DNA from: Chiloscyllium plagiosum
Taxonomy: Eukaryota
Reading direction: 5' to 3'
DNA: 64,000 nucleotides
NCBI RefSeq assembly: GCF_004010195.1
Contig: NC_057718.1
Span: forward strand, 50,725,018 to 50,789,017
Shown: positions 1-12,830 of the stretch, in pieces
Numbering within the stretch: the first letter of the stretch is position 1
How the letters are laid out: each line of letters starts with the position of its first letter
Translations under genes and position numbers: made by a program
Notes under the pieces: model-generated
What the model was told of the DNA's origin: nothing
Databases searched by the model: none
The model's input: the letters and a program-made list of their open reading frames with translations, nothing else

Positions 1-157
1 TGGATAGAGCTCTCAAGGATAGTGGAATCAAGGGTTATAGAGATAAGGCAGGAACAGGATACGGATTAAGGATGATCAGCCATGATCATATTGAATAGTG
101 GTGCAGGCTCGAAGGGCAGAATGGCTTCCTCCTGCACCTTTTGTCTATTGTCTATTG
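1..157 (+). mobile_element. CR1 LINE 3' end, cut by the window start
   Basis: CR1-type 3' UTR (gatcagccatgatcatattgaatagtggtgcaggctcgaagggcagaatggc) ending in a (gtctatt)n tail. Confidence 0.85.
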
Positions 158-729
158 ATATTGATTTAAGAAGCTGACACTCCTAAAGCCACACTTCTCG
201 CCAGATTTATCATGGGAGAACATGCTGCATTACAAGTTCCACTCTTAAAATGTAGAGATTCCCTTTCCTTTATCTGATTGACACTGGCCAAAGGGTTTTT
301 TTTTTCTGAATTGCAAGATTCTATGATCCTATGTACAAAAGATTACAGGTAAGCAAGTAACCAGCAGTCTCCTTCCAGTTGCACAGCAAAATGTGAACCT
401 GGCCTGAGAAGACATCAGAGATTGTTATTGCCTTGGGTCAGTTCAGGGAGATTTGAGGACTGTTGGTAATTGGCACAGAAGACAAGAACTGGTCCTGGAA
501 CTACAGGTGAGTAAGAGATAATGGGCAAGGCCTTGCCTGGCTATGCATGGATCTGGTTAAGGAGGAAAAACATAAAGTTCCATGAGATGTTTTTTTGCTT
601 TTTGATACTCTTGTGCTTACATTCAGAAGTTTGTCTCTGCCCTGTTTGTGACTATTTAGTCAGTGCCATCTTTGTTACAGGCAGCATCTGGGGTGTTCAT
701 GGTAAATACAGCCAATATGTTATTCATTT

Positions 730-1658
730 CTGTTCGTCATTTTTATAAATGACCTGGATGACGGCATAGAAGGATGGGTTAGTAAATTTGCAGATGACAC
801 TGAGGTCAGTAGAGTTGTGGATCGTGACCAAGGATGTTGTAGGTTACAGAGAGACATAGTTAAGCTGCAGAGCTATGCTGAAAGGTTACAAATGGAGTTT
901 AATGTGAATAAGTGTGAGGTGATTCATTTTGGAAGGAGTAACAGCAATGCAGAGGACTGGGCCAATGGTAAGATTCTAGGTAGTGTAGATGAGCAGAGAG
1001 ATCTCAGTGTCCATGTACAAAGATCCTTGAATGTTGTCACCCAGGTAGATAGGGTTGTTGAGAAAGCATACTGTGCATGAGCTTTTATTGGGAGAGGGAT
1101 TGAGTTTCATAGTGATAAGGTCATGCTGCAGCTGTACAAAACTCTAGTGCGGCCACATTTGGAGTATTGCATACAGTTCTGGTCACTGCATTATAGGAAG
1201 GATGTGGAAGCCTTGGAAAAGGTACAGAGGAGATTTACTAGGATGTTGCTTAGTATGGAAGGAAGGTCTTACGAGGAAAGGCTGGGGGACTTGAAGCTGT
1301 TTTCATAAGAGAGAACGTTGAGAGGTGACTTAATTGAGACATATAAGATAATCAGAGGGTTAGATGGGGTGGACAGTGAGTGCCTTTTTCCTCAGATGGT
1401 GATTGCTAGCACAAGAGGTCATAGCTTTAAATTGAGGGGTGATAGATGTCAGAGATAGTTTCTTTACTCTGAGAGGAGTAGGGGCTTGGAATGCGCTGCC
1501 TGTAACAATAGACTTGCATTCAAATGGTCATTGGTTAGGCATATGGACGAGAATAGAATAGTGCAGGTTAGATGGGCTTCAGATTGGTTCCACAGGTCAG
1601 TGCAACATCGAGGGCTGAAGGGCCTGTACTGTACTGTAATGTTCTATATTCTATGTTC
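730..1658 (+). mobile_element. 5'-truncated CR1 LINE: RT C-terminus and 3' UTR, decayed
   Basis: Translates LFVIFINDLDDGIEGWVSKFADDT, MEFNVNKCEVIHFG and LYKTLVRPHLEYCIQFWS with stops; ends in a gttctatattctatgttc tail. Confidence 0.95.
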
Positions 1659-3238
1659 AATTATACCCTTCTCCTTATGAAACAAGATGTCTTCTGACTT
1701 AGTATGAGCATTGCCATGGGATGTTAGCCAAAATGACTGTTCCTAAAGTTTGATTAGACTTATTCAGAAGTTCAGTTGATATTTAGAAACTTATATGGAT
1801 TGAGTCTTGGCTTGATAATATTAGAAATTAATGTGTTATGCATTTTAAATAATTTCTTCAAATGGCTCAAGCTGCTGAAAATAAATAAGTTGACCTCTGT
1901 TGTAATAGCAAAACGTCACTGAATATGAATTCAGTAACATATTCATTATTAATATTGTACTGTGTGATTTCATTTCTAATGCTTGGAAATTAATTAAATC
2001 CCTTAATGAGATTAATTATTGTAATGACTAACAATTATTCTTCAGTTCCTCTGTAATTCGTATCTCTGTGATCAAACAGTGGCATAAATAATTACCTTAT
2101 CCTATTATTTATGCTTTTTAAAAATGAAAACTTACTTTGAAATTTGACAGTGGATTAAAAACATGTAGTCGAAGTTTTATGATATCATTGTGGTGCTCAA
2201 GAATGATGAGTGTAGTATAATGGGAAATTAATATGTTAATATGATCATGTACATGATGATGCTACCCTGACATCAGCAGAACAGAGAGAAATATATGATT
2301 GGAACTAAAGGAAAATCAGATGAAATACTATACTGGAGAGATGGATCTCAGTATAATGCATATTTTTGAGTTAAAAATGCTTACAGAGATTGCTGAGAGT
2401 GAGAGAAAATTATTCTGAGTGAAGGGAAAGCTGGCTAGGGACTCAGAATGGTAGCATTCTAGAAAGACAGTTCAGCCTCTAAAGAGTGCAGTATAAACAC
2501 TCAATACCTGAGAGAACCCAGAATGTTTAAAGTCCAAGAAAGGACAACCACGTGGTTTGACTCTGTGGGAGACGTACAAATAATAGATACAGCTGCAGCA
2601 GTCGAAAGCAAGGTCAAAGCAGAGTTCTTGCAAAGCAATAAGTAAAATAAATCAAAATTGTGTACAGTATTTTGCACTGTGACATTCCCTCTGCACAACA
2701 GAAACAAATTGAATCTCTCTGAATCGAATATATTGCGGTTGGGCCAAGTGTTGAAATCTTAAACATCTCAGCTCAACCCTTATCTGCCTTCAATCTACTC
2801 ATTTCTGAGATTAACATGAGCAGCACAAGGGGTGGCCTGCCCATTTGCAGAACGGAGGTTGACACTGAGGCTGACAACCTCCGCTTTAACATGCTTTGCA
2901 AGGTTTACAGTAGCCTGCCAGTTTTCCAGGCATCAGGTAGAAGTGAGGAAAATTAAGAAAAATAAGAAGTGCCTTAAAGTTTTACTTTTGGACCAAGAGC
3001 AGCAAAAATGCCTGTCCGCAGCTGTCACAGCTATCTCATTCTGATTTATTCCTTTCCCCATGCATATGTCTGCAGAAAGAGGGATCAAATTCCACTTCTC
3101 TACCCAGAGTTGGTGTTCGGTCTTCCTTGGCCTATGGGAAGCCAAGCCTGATTTCCAAGAAGGGGACCAATTTAAAGAAAAACAAATGTATACTGTAAAG
3201 AAAACCAAAATATGCCTCTGTTAATATCTTCCTTGAAT

Positions 3239-3540
3239 GGGTGGCATGGTGGCTCAGTGGTTAGCACTGCTGCCTCACAGACCAGGGACGTGGGTTCGAT
3301 TCCAGCCTTGGGTGACTGTCTGCGTAGATTTTGCGCATTCTCCCTGTGATGCGTGGGTTTCCTCCCACAATCCAAAGATGTACAGCTTTGGTGAATTGGC
3401 CATGCTAAACTGCCCATAGCATTAAGGGATGTGTTGGTTATGAGTATCTATATAGGAATGCGTCTGGGTGGGGTTACTCTTCGGAGGGTTGGTGTGGGCT
3501 TGCTGGGCTAAAGGGTCTGGTTCCATAATGTAGGGATCCT
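3239..3540 (+). mobile_element. HE1-type tRNA-derived SINE
   Basis: Pol III A box (tggctcagtgg) and B box (ggttcgattcc), conserved tccaaagatg...ggccatgctaaa core, CR1-like tail. Confidence 0.9.
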
Positions 3541-4890
3541 AAAACAGAATAATTGCTAATTAATAATTTCGTCCTCATCAGTGTTATCTACTTGGTTTGA
3601 CCCAAATAAATGGATTCAGTAATTGAATGTTTTTCTTCATAAGATAACTTCTGATAAGCAAATGTAAAACAACACTAAAATAAGAAATGTGGAAAATTCT
3701 CAAAAGGCCAGTCATCATCTGTGAAGACTGAAATACAGAAAATGACATAATTTTAGCTTTCTGTGTTTTAAATTTGAGAATCTCAAAGGAATGGGGTTCA
3801 TACTTTTTCTGCCATTCAAAGGTACATGTATTCAGCCATTTCCTTTTCTGTCAATATTATGCCTACAGCCAACCTGAATCCTTGTCAAGCAGCCAAACCT
3901 GCAGCACAAAGCTGTAGAGAACTAGTCAGCCTAGCAGAGGAGTGAGGGAGCAATGGAAGTGGCCAACTGTGAAAAATAGAATTCTGATCATGCCACGGTG
4001 TTCTGATGTAAGGGTCTGAAAGGGTCAAGGATGAAGCCATGTTCACACATGATGGCATATGGACTCAGTCAGAGAATAGCTCAAGATCTTGAAGGAGTGA
4101 GACCTCCAGGTCCTCCTCATAATCTCTGTAACAACGTCTTTCATGCTCAAAGGAAAGTGTGAAGCAATCATTGTTAAATAAAAAATATAAAAATTGTTCT
4201 ACATCAAATAAAGTGTCTATGGGAATGCCTGAAATAGTGGTAAAGAAATGCAAGCAATTTCGGAAAGGAGGACCAAGAAACTGGTAAGGAAAAGGAAAAT
4301 AAATTCGAATGCAATCTAGTGAGGAAAGGCAGTATTTAAAAGCATTGTCAATATGTGAAAGGAAAAATGATGAGCAAAGACAATTGTGGATTCATCACAG
4401 TCAATAAGAAAATTCTTCACCTGGGAGCAGGAGGAATTCTTTGGAATTCTCTACTACAGAGAGCTGGCAAAGCTAACATTTGAGTAGGTTCACGATATTA
4501 AAGGATTTGGCGATAATTCAGGGAAATGGTATTGAGGAGATGATCGGCCATGATGTAAAATCTTGGGGTAAGCTCAATGGACCAGATGCTCCAGGTTCAA
4601 GTCCCATCTCAGGATATGACGGCCACAGAATGTGTATTGAAACATGGCTGAACAGGTTGATTACCAAACTGTAAATCCTTCTGTTACAACTATGCTGCAT
4701 GATAAGAATGGCAGTGTTCCCCAGTCAGTTCAAAGCATAACAGATTCTCTACATTAAAAGATTCCACACAGAGGCCCTTGCAAACATCATCCTCATTCTG
4801 TGGAACTATGACATAAATGCCTACATTTTATCGGGTTAAGATTCAGCCCCAAATTTCAGATCGATGACCTTGCAGCACTGTCATCATTCC

Positions 4891-5653
4891 AAGATGGTAA
4901 GATAGTGATGAATTATGGCTTCTGAGCCCAGGGCTTGTTTACTCCATCCACTTTTCTTTTCTAATTTTTTTGTCTGTTTTTCTGTTTTATTTTCCTGACC
5001 ATTTGTTGAACAGCTCTGTTGGGGCGTTGGCATCAGTGGTGGCACATGGGCCCAGCATGGTCTTGTGGTGGCAGAGTTGGAGAGAAGTTGGGTTCCCAGT
5101 GACTTCTGCATCATTGGGGTGGTCCTGGTGCAGACTCATGGCAGCTGAGGGCAGAAGTGTGTTTGGATTCCCAATGGCATCTGATTCAAGGGCAGATTCA
5201 TGGAGGCAGCAGTGGAGACAAGTTTGGGCCCAGTACAAGACCCAGTGGCATTGGCAAGGTTGGTCCGAAGCAGACTCTAGGCAGTGACGGCATCGTTTGG
5301 GCTGATGCAGTACTCAGCAGCATTGGTAGTACTGGTAAGGTCCAGCGAAGACTCCGAATGACGAGGGGATCAATGGAGGTGAGATGGCAATTTTCATTCC
5401 AGCAGCGGTGGCACAGTCAAAGAAACTTGTGCCTAGCAACCAGGCCCATGGCCCATGGCCCATGATGCAGCACTTGCAAGAAGGACACTTCTTACTTAGT
5501 CCTTTATTCTCCTGTCTTTATATTTGATGTTTTGGTTTATTTGTCTGTTTTTAAAGATGTGTCAGAGATTGGCAACTCAATGCAACATCAATTTCACTGT
5601 AATTTGTAATACAGTACACGTAACAATAAACAAATTAAATCAAATAATCAAAT
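4891..5653 (+). mobile_element. Non-coding non-autonomous retroelement with Rex1/Babar-like tail (copy A, no array)
   Basis: Collinear with 35495-35670 plus 45272-45827; starts aagatgg; ends acacgtaacaataaacaaattaaatcaaataatcaaat. Confidence 0.75.
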
Positions 5654-6349
5654 TATATTATTTCTTCCCTTGTAAACTCTTGTCCTACAATGATAGCCAT
5701 TAGTAAGTTTGTAGCATGGGCAGATACTTAGCTGGTGAAAGTCCTAAGCAGATGCTAAAAGCACATTAACATTTAACAAGTTCCTGCATTAGCATCCACA
5801 ATATTTGACTGCTCATGTTTCTCAAGTTCCTCTAAAGTTAATCCACTTTAACATGAGATTACACTGTGACAATGCTAATGCTTTTAGCTTGCAAAAGACT
5901 TGTTCAGCACAATAAAAAGCAAAGTTGCAAATTTGCACCTGCTTTTCTTTCAGCTTAGACAGCATAAATATTTCCCGCTATGAAAGAGTGTTTTGGAGAA
6001 AAGATCAGCAGTTTCACCACAGAGCATTGGGTTTTCAGTTTCAAATCCTGATGAGTAGGAAGCGGTTGAATAGCAAGATCAAGCAACACCACTCATTTTG
6101 AAACCAAAGTGCAGGAGTGAGACCATGAGTCAAAGGTAGGTAGCAGCCTGACTAGCATCATCATATTGCAGCTTGGTGGTGATAACATGAGGACAAGATC
6201 TGGCCTCAAATATTTCAATGGCAAGGTAGTCATTGAAGCAGCACAGATTGGATTTGTACACTGACGCTCTGGAATCTAGATGCAGCAGACTGTTGAAGAT
6301 TTTGTTAGGCACTTCCCCTGCACCTGAAACCTTCACAAATAATTCATTA

Positions 6350-8440
6350 AAAGGTGTTCTTCTTCAGCAAATCGGTTAACGGTGCCACTACACTGCTGAC
6401 GTTTGGAACAAACATCTGATAGAATCTGTTGAGTCCTAAGAATCAAAGCACTTCTTTCTTTGAGGTTAGTCATGGAAATTCCTCAATGGCCTTCGTCTTT
6501 GCGTTCCTTGGGGTCAGCCTTCCATGACCAATGTTATGTCTCACGAACATCACCTCTGCTTTCATGAATTCTGTTTTATTTAAGTTTATCACCAGTTTTG
6601 CTTCTCATGGTCAATAAAAGAGCTCTGCCAACTGTACCATGTGATCTTTCCAGAACGTACTAAAGATCACTACATCGTCCAAATAGACTGTACAATTTGT
6701 TAATCCAGCCACAACTCTGTTCATGAGTGTTTGGAATGTGGCATCACTTTAAATTGATATAGCCCCATTTGGGGTTACAAATGCAGAAATTTCTTTCGCC
6801 ATCTCTGATAAAGGTACCTGCCAGTAACCACGCATTAAGTCCAACCTGGTGATGTAACTGGCTTGTCTGACTTTCTCAATAAAGTCCCCAATCTAGGAAT
6901 TGGATACGAGATGAATTTGTAACAGCGTTGATCTTCTGATAATCACACAGAATTGTTGAGTCCTGTCCAGTTAGGAACTAAGACGATTGGCAAACTTTAC
7001 GCACTCTGGTTTGGTTTGATGATGTTCTCATTAAGCATGGCCGCCACCTCTATCTGACCTGTCTGGCTTTGAAAGGATTAAGCCAATAGGGGTATTGTTT
7101 TATCGGAGCAGTATTCCCTTCATCTACTTCATGTACACTAGCATTAGTCCTCCCCATCTGATTCTTACATATGTCCATGTACTGCAGTAACAAATCTTTC
7201 AACTCTGTTGTATGCTCCTGAGACAGATAGTTTACTGATCTATCCCACTCCTCAATTTGAGGCACCTCAAAATCCATATCCTCTGGATTTGATTCCTTAC
7301 TTTGTGGGGCAGTAACTAACACCTGTTTCTCCAGTTCTTTCTCTCTCATATAATACGGTTTCAACATGTTCGCATGACAGACCCAATACCTTTCTTTTCT
7401 ATCTGGCATCATTACTAAATAGTTCACCAGACTCAATTTTTTCTCAATTTGATAGGGACAACTAAACCTGGTGTTGAAAGAATCTCCTAATGCTGGTAAC
7501 AGTACTAACACGCCATCCTCTCAGGAAAATGTCCGAGTCTCAGAGTTTTTATCTGCCAACTGCTTCATTCCACACTGTGCCCTCTTTAGGTGCTGTTTAG
7601 CTAACTCACCTACTCTATCTAATCTCTCCCTCACCTCCGATATATAATCTAAGTATGAGATCTCTGACTTTGGTTCTGATAAGGTTTCTTTAATTAATTT
7701 CAAAAGGCCTCTCTCTTCATGCTCGAATATTAACTCAAATGGAGTGAACTGAGTAGATTCATCTGGGGCATCCCTAATGGCAAACAATACGAATGGGATA
7801 ACTTTATCCCAATCATTCGGGTAATCCTGACAGTATGCTCTTAACATGGTCTTCAATATCTGATGCCACCTTTCTAAAGCTCCCTGGGATTCAGTATGAT
7901 GCACACTGGATTTAAAGTGCTGTACACCTAAGCTATCCATAACCTCCTTAAACAGCCTAGCAGTAAAATTTGACCCTTGGTCTGACTGAATCGGTCTGGG
8001 TAACTCATACCATGTGAAGAAAGCTACTAACCCCTCTACCACCTTTTTTGCCTTGATACTCCTTAATGGAATTGCCTCCAGAAACCTGGTACTGGCTCCC
8101 ACTTTTAGTTGCTGGAGGGGACCTACACAATCAATTATAACCCACGTGAAAGGTTCTTCAAATGCAGGAATTGGCAACAAAGGTGCTAGGTTTATTACTG
8201 CCTTTGGCGTGCCTACTATTTGGCGTGTATGACACGTACGGCAAAAGGTAACCACATCCTTGTCCATTCCAGGCCAATGAAAATGTTTTTGTACCTTAGC
8301 CTGAGTCTTTCGTACCCCAAGGTGACCTCCTACACGTAGGTCATGTGCTACCCATAACACTTCCTGCCTGTATGCTGCTAGCAACACAATCTGGTGCACC
8401 TCAGCCCATTTCTCCTCTGCATTAACCGGCCGTGGTCTCT
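6350..8440 (-). mobile_element. Gypsy LTR-retrotransposon pol remnant, integrase upstream of RT (Gmr1-like)
   Basis: ORF 8399-7521 has a degenerate HHCC region (HDLRVGGHLG..CRTCHT) and integrase core (DCVGPL, IQSDQGSNF); then PIKQYPY RT start, YLDD at 6685-6674 and FLGLNRFY..PLTDLLKK; stops and frameshifts; no LTRs seen. Confidence 0.92.
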
Positions 8441-8479
8441 GAGGACTCTATCAGGCTAACTGTTCACAATTCAAGCTAT

Positions 8480-9330
8480 TTATGTGTTGTCAGCAAAACT
8501 GGAAAATTTCCATTTAGTTCCCTCATCTAAGTAATTATTATACATTATAAATAGCTGGGGTTCATGCAATGATCACTGAGGTATTCCATTAGTCATCACC
8601 TGCCAACCAGAAAAAAAGACCTATTTATTCTCACCCTGTGGTTTCAGTCTGTCAACTCATTCTCAGGCCATGCTAATTTATTACCCTAAATCCTGTGTGT
8701 TTTCATTTTGCCCACGAGAGTCTTATGTGAGACCTTATCAAAAACATTTGTAAACTCCAAATATTCCTTATCTATTCTACTCATTACATCCTCAAAATAC
8801 ACCAGTAGAGTTGTTAAGCATGATTTATATTTCATAAACCCATACTGACTTTGTTTGGACCAGTTAATGCTTTCCAAGTATTCTGTTATCAAATTTTTTG
8901 TAACAGAATCTAACATTTGTTTCCCACTGTTGATGTTAGGCTAACATATCTGTAAGTTTCTGGGGTTTTTTCTGCCTCTTTTTTTAAATAGTGAGGTTTC
9001 ATTTACCATTCTCCAATAGAAACTGCTCCAGAGTTTGTAGCAGGTTGGAAGATGACCACTAATGCATCTAATGTTTCTACAGCCACTTCCTTTAGAACTA
9101 TGGGATGCAGATTATCAGGCCCTGGTAATTTGTTAATCTTTAACTCCATGAATTTCTCTAGCACGGTTTTTTTTAATGTGCTGATTTTCTTCAATTTCTC
9201 CTTTTCACTGACCCTTATTTCCATAACATTTCTGGGAAATCATTTGTATCCTCTATTGTGAAGATAGAAGCAAAATATGTATTCAATGCTTCCGCCATTC
9301 ATGTGTTGCTCATTTTAATTTCCCCCATTT
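8480..9330 (-). mobile_element. Decayed CR1 RT fragment
   Basis: Motifs KLPGPDNLHPIVLKE, QYGFMKYKSCLTTL and FDKVSH in ORFs 9003-9224 and 8686-8916. Confidence 0.85.
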
Positions 9331-11411
9331 CTGACTCGAAGACAGAAACCAAAAGAGTCAAGCTTGGGCGCTGATGATCTACTTCAGATCTGCGACTAGG
9401 AGTTAACAAGTAAGGGCCCAGATTCAAAAGATTTCATAGTACAGCTTGTGAGGTAGGGGAAGCACAAGTATTTCCTAAATCAACAAGGTTAATTGTTTTC
9501 AACTCCTCTGTAAAAAAGTCCATCTCCCAAAATGCAATCACATCCATGAAATGTTTCTCTGTCCTCTCGCTAACCCAGTCATCCAATCACAATCCCACCC
9601 GTCCTCTAGCTATCTTACCCTTCCTCAACCACCTTTACTCTCTCTGACCACAACCAACCCTTCCAGATCACTATATCACTCCCTGTTCTGACAACCATCT
9701 TTGTTCCCCAACCTCCACCTAGACCCTACAATCACAATGATGCTCTGCCAGATAAGTTTGCTTGTGGCCTTCCCCTCCCCCCCCCCCCACCCTACCCCTA
9801 CTAACCTGTACCACTCACCATCTTGTGCCGATAACCACCAGCTCTCCCTCTGAGCACCACATGTCCCCTTGCCATTCCTTCACCTTATCATGCTCTCTGC
9901 AATGGGATATCTTCCCTATCTCCATACCGAGGTATAGTGACTACAATCTGTCCCTACCTGTTTCTGATCCCCAGCTGTGACTTTGTGGGCAGACTTTATT
10001 GCCTGACAGCCAGACACTGCCTGCATCCGTTTATACCTAAATTTGCTACTCAAATCCAATGTATGGTAAAAAGTCGAATGTTCAATTGTTAGATGTGGTT
10101 TCTCAGCTGAGAAAGGCAGGCATTCTGGCCGTCCCATCTGAATAAATAAGAACGTCAATATAAACAGGGCAGTAGGTCACCCATTTATGCCAGGTGGAGA
10201 CATTTTTAAAAATCTCTAATTTTCCAGAATTGAAATCTGAAGGTATTATCAAGAAAACAAATAGGTACAGATCCAGAAATAAAAGATCATTCTCAAGGTG
10301 AAATAATGCAAAATGAATTATTTCAGTGAGACAAATCTATCAAGGCATCCATATGTGATTGGTAGAGATACCAACATCACAAGAGAAGAATGGTTTCTGA
10401 AGCAGTCAAAGAGCAAAGGAGATCAGAAGTGACAGTTTCTAAAAAAAAAATAAAACAGTAATTTTCTCTTGAAGATCTATACAGGTATTCAAACAAAAAA
10501 GCTCCAAATTACATAATGTTATATTTTTATAGAGAGACTGAAGTAGCAAACAATTTATTGTGTGTTTTTTTCACTCCTATTTCTTTCATGCATCTGTCAC
10601 TTCTCATTTCTTTCTTTATTTTTGACGGCTATGGATTCAGATTTCAGCAGGTTTTTTGTTTCAGCAGCACATTGTTTTTTTCGATTTTTCTTGTGTATTC
10701 AATTTTCTCTGGTGAAGTCTCTCTCTCTTTCCTGGAAATACAGAACAATATAATCAATTGATATTAATGATAGACAAATGGGCAGGCGAAAGTCTGGAAT
10801 TTAAAAAATTCAGTATGCATCGCACAATCTCAAGCCTCCACTTGGTTACTAAGGTATCCATGTACCCCATAGTGAAGAGGTGAAGTGTTCAATTAACATG
10901 TTTAAACAGGACTCCTTCGGTGTGATTCAGATATTAAATTAAATATTACTGTCACGACATGTTGATGTGGATTTGACACCACTGGGATATTTTACCTGAT
11001 ACATCAAAGGTTTCGTCATCCTTTTTAACATAAGAAACTAAGTACAGATATCATGGCTTTGAAGAATCCAAAGGATATCTATTACAGATAACAAACTTTT
11101 CTAAATATTACATTCAAATATACATCAGTGTCAGGGCTAAAGAAAGCTGTTACCTTACAAGGCATAACATGTTTTCATTAGCATGCCATGCTTCAAGTGT
11201 TCCCAAGTAAGCTGGTTCATTTGCTATGATAGAGAATGAAAATCATCAACATGTCTCTTGAAGGTATGTTGACTAGTAGACAGAACACAACACACAAATT
11301 TCTCATTAATGATCAAACATGCCATTGAAATATATTGCGATGCATGTGTACAATTGAGGGATCATGTCATAAACTGCTGCTAATTTCTACCTTGAGACAG
11401 AATGTGAAAAT

Positions 11412-12830
11412 ACCATAAGATGTAGCAGCAGATGTAGGCCATCTGTTCCACCATTCAATGAGATCATGGCTAACCTGATAATCCTCAACTCCACTTTCCT
11501 CTCTTTTTCATGTGACACATAACTCACCGACTAATTAAAAATCTCGCTCACAGCCCTGAATAAATTGAATGATCCATTTTCTACACATGATAAAATCTTT
11601 CCATAATAAGTATCAGCCTGGTACATCCTCTCTGGATTTCTAGTATATATTTCATGAATAAGGGGACCAAATCTGTTCACGGTATTTCAAGTGTAGTCTA
11701 ACTAGTGCCTTGCATAGTTTTAGCAAAGCTCCTGACTTTTGAATTTCATTCCCCTGAAATAAAGGCCAACATGCCATTACCTTCACTGTAACTCTACAGA
11801 ACTTGGCTGCTAGCTTTCTAATGATATCTGCAAAAGGACTCCAAAAATACCTCTGTGTTGCAGCTTTTAGCAGTTATTTATTTCCCATTTAAACAATATT
11901 TAGCTCTTCTATTATTCCTACTAAAGTTCATAACCTCTCATTTTCCCACATTATTATTCCTCATCCAAGTTTTTATCTGGTCCCTTAACTTGTCTGATTC
12001 TCTGCAGAAGAAAATGAGGACTGCAGATGCTGGAGATCAGAGTTGAGAATGTGGTGCTGGAAAAGCACAGCCAGTCAGGCAGCATCCGAGGAGCAGGAGA
12101 ATCGACATTTCAGGCATAAGCATTTCATCCAGCACCACACCCTCGACTCTGATCTCTCTGTAGACTCGTTGTATCATGCTTTCCACCTGTCTTTGCATTT
12201 ATTTTTGTGCCATTTTCAAACTTGGCAACAATTCATTCACTTCCACCATCTAAATAATGCATATTGTAAATAATTAGGGCCCCAACACTGATCCCTGTGG
12301 CTCTCCACTAGTGACAGGTTTACTGAAAATGCCTCACTTATCCCAACTCTCTGTCCCTTATGATTTAGCTAATTCTTTATTCATACTAATATATGAACAC
12401 CAATACCATATCATTTGGTCTTGATAAGTAGCCTAATGTATAGTATTTCATCAAATGCTTTTTGGACTTCTAAATGTATTAAATCTACTGGTTACCTTTT
12501 GCCGATCATGCTTGTTACATCCTCAAAGAATTCTAGTAAATTGTCAGGTGTGATTCCCCTCCCCATGAAGGCTGTTGACACTGTTGATCATATGATGAAT
12601 TCCAAAATATTCTACCATTACACCCTTTACAACAGACTAACATTTTCCCAGGGACAGATGTACAGCTAACCTGCCAATCATTACCTGTTTATTGTCTCTT
12701 TCACTTTCTAAATAGGGGTGTTAGATTAGCAGTTTTGTAATCCTCTAAACTAAATCTTCCAAAATCTAAGGATTCCTGGGAGATTATTGCCAGTGCATCC
12801 CTTATCTGTGTAGCTATTTCCTTTAAAATC
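11412..12830 (-). mobile_element. Decayed CR1 LINE 3' portion
   Basis: Reverse CR1 3' UTR (ccaccattcaatgagatcatggct); ggccccaacactgatccctgtgg encodes PQGSVLGP on the minus strand. Confidence 0.85.
12009..12156 (-). mobile_element. Penelope-like terminal-repeat fold-back insertion inside the CR1
   Basis: gaggactgcagatgctggagatc terminus; imperfect inverted repeat 12033-12061/12128-12156; decayed hammerhead core; possible target duplication tctctg(c/t)aga. Confidence 0.75.

Noticed and set aside
379..507. Exon bounded by ttccag and CAG|gtgagt
   Set aside because: Stops in all three frames; no other support.
3239..3310. tRNA gene (also the heads of the other HE1 copies)
   Set aside because: A/B boxes continue into SINE body and LINE-like tail, so these are SINE heads.
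4884..5465. Overlapping ORFs of 76-105 aa, and ORFs at 45220-45678
   Set aside because: They lie within the two copies of the non-coding element and no continuous frame is conserved between copies.
7521..8399. Domesticated integrase gene
   Set aside because: The 292-aa ORF has a broken zinc-binding motif and an internal deletion after DCVGPL, and the adjoining RT has stops and frameshifts.
9550..9990. C/T-rich tract (similar ones at ~28350-28600 and ~47760-48060) as structured repeats
   Set aside because: No clear periodicity or family motif; probably decayed repeat or low-complexity DNA.
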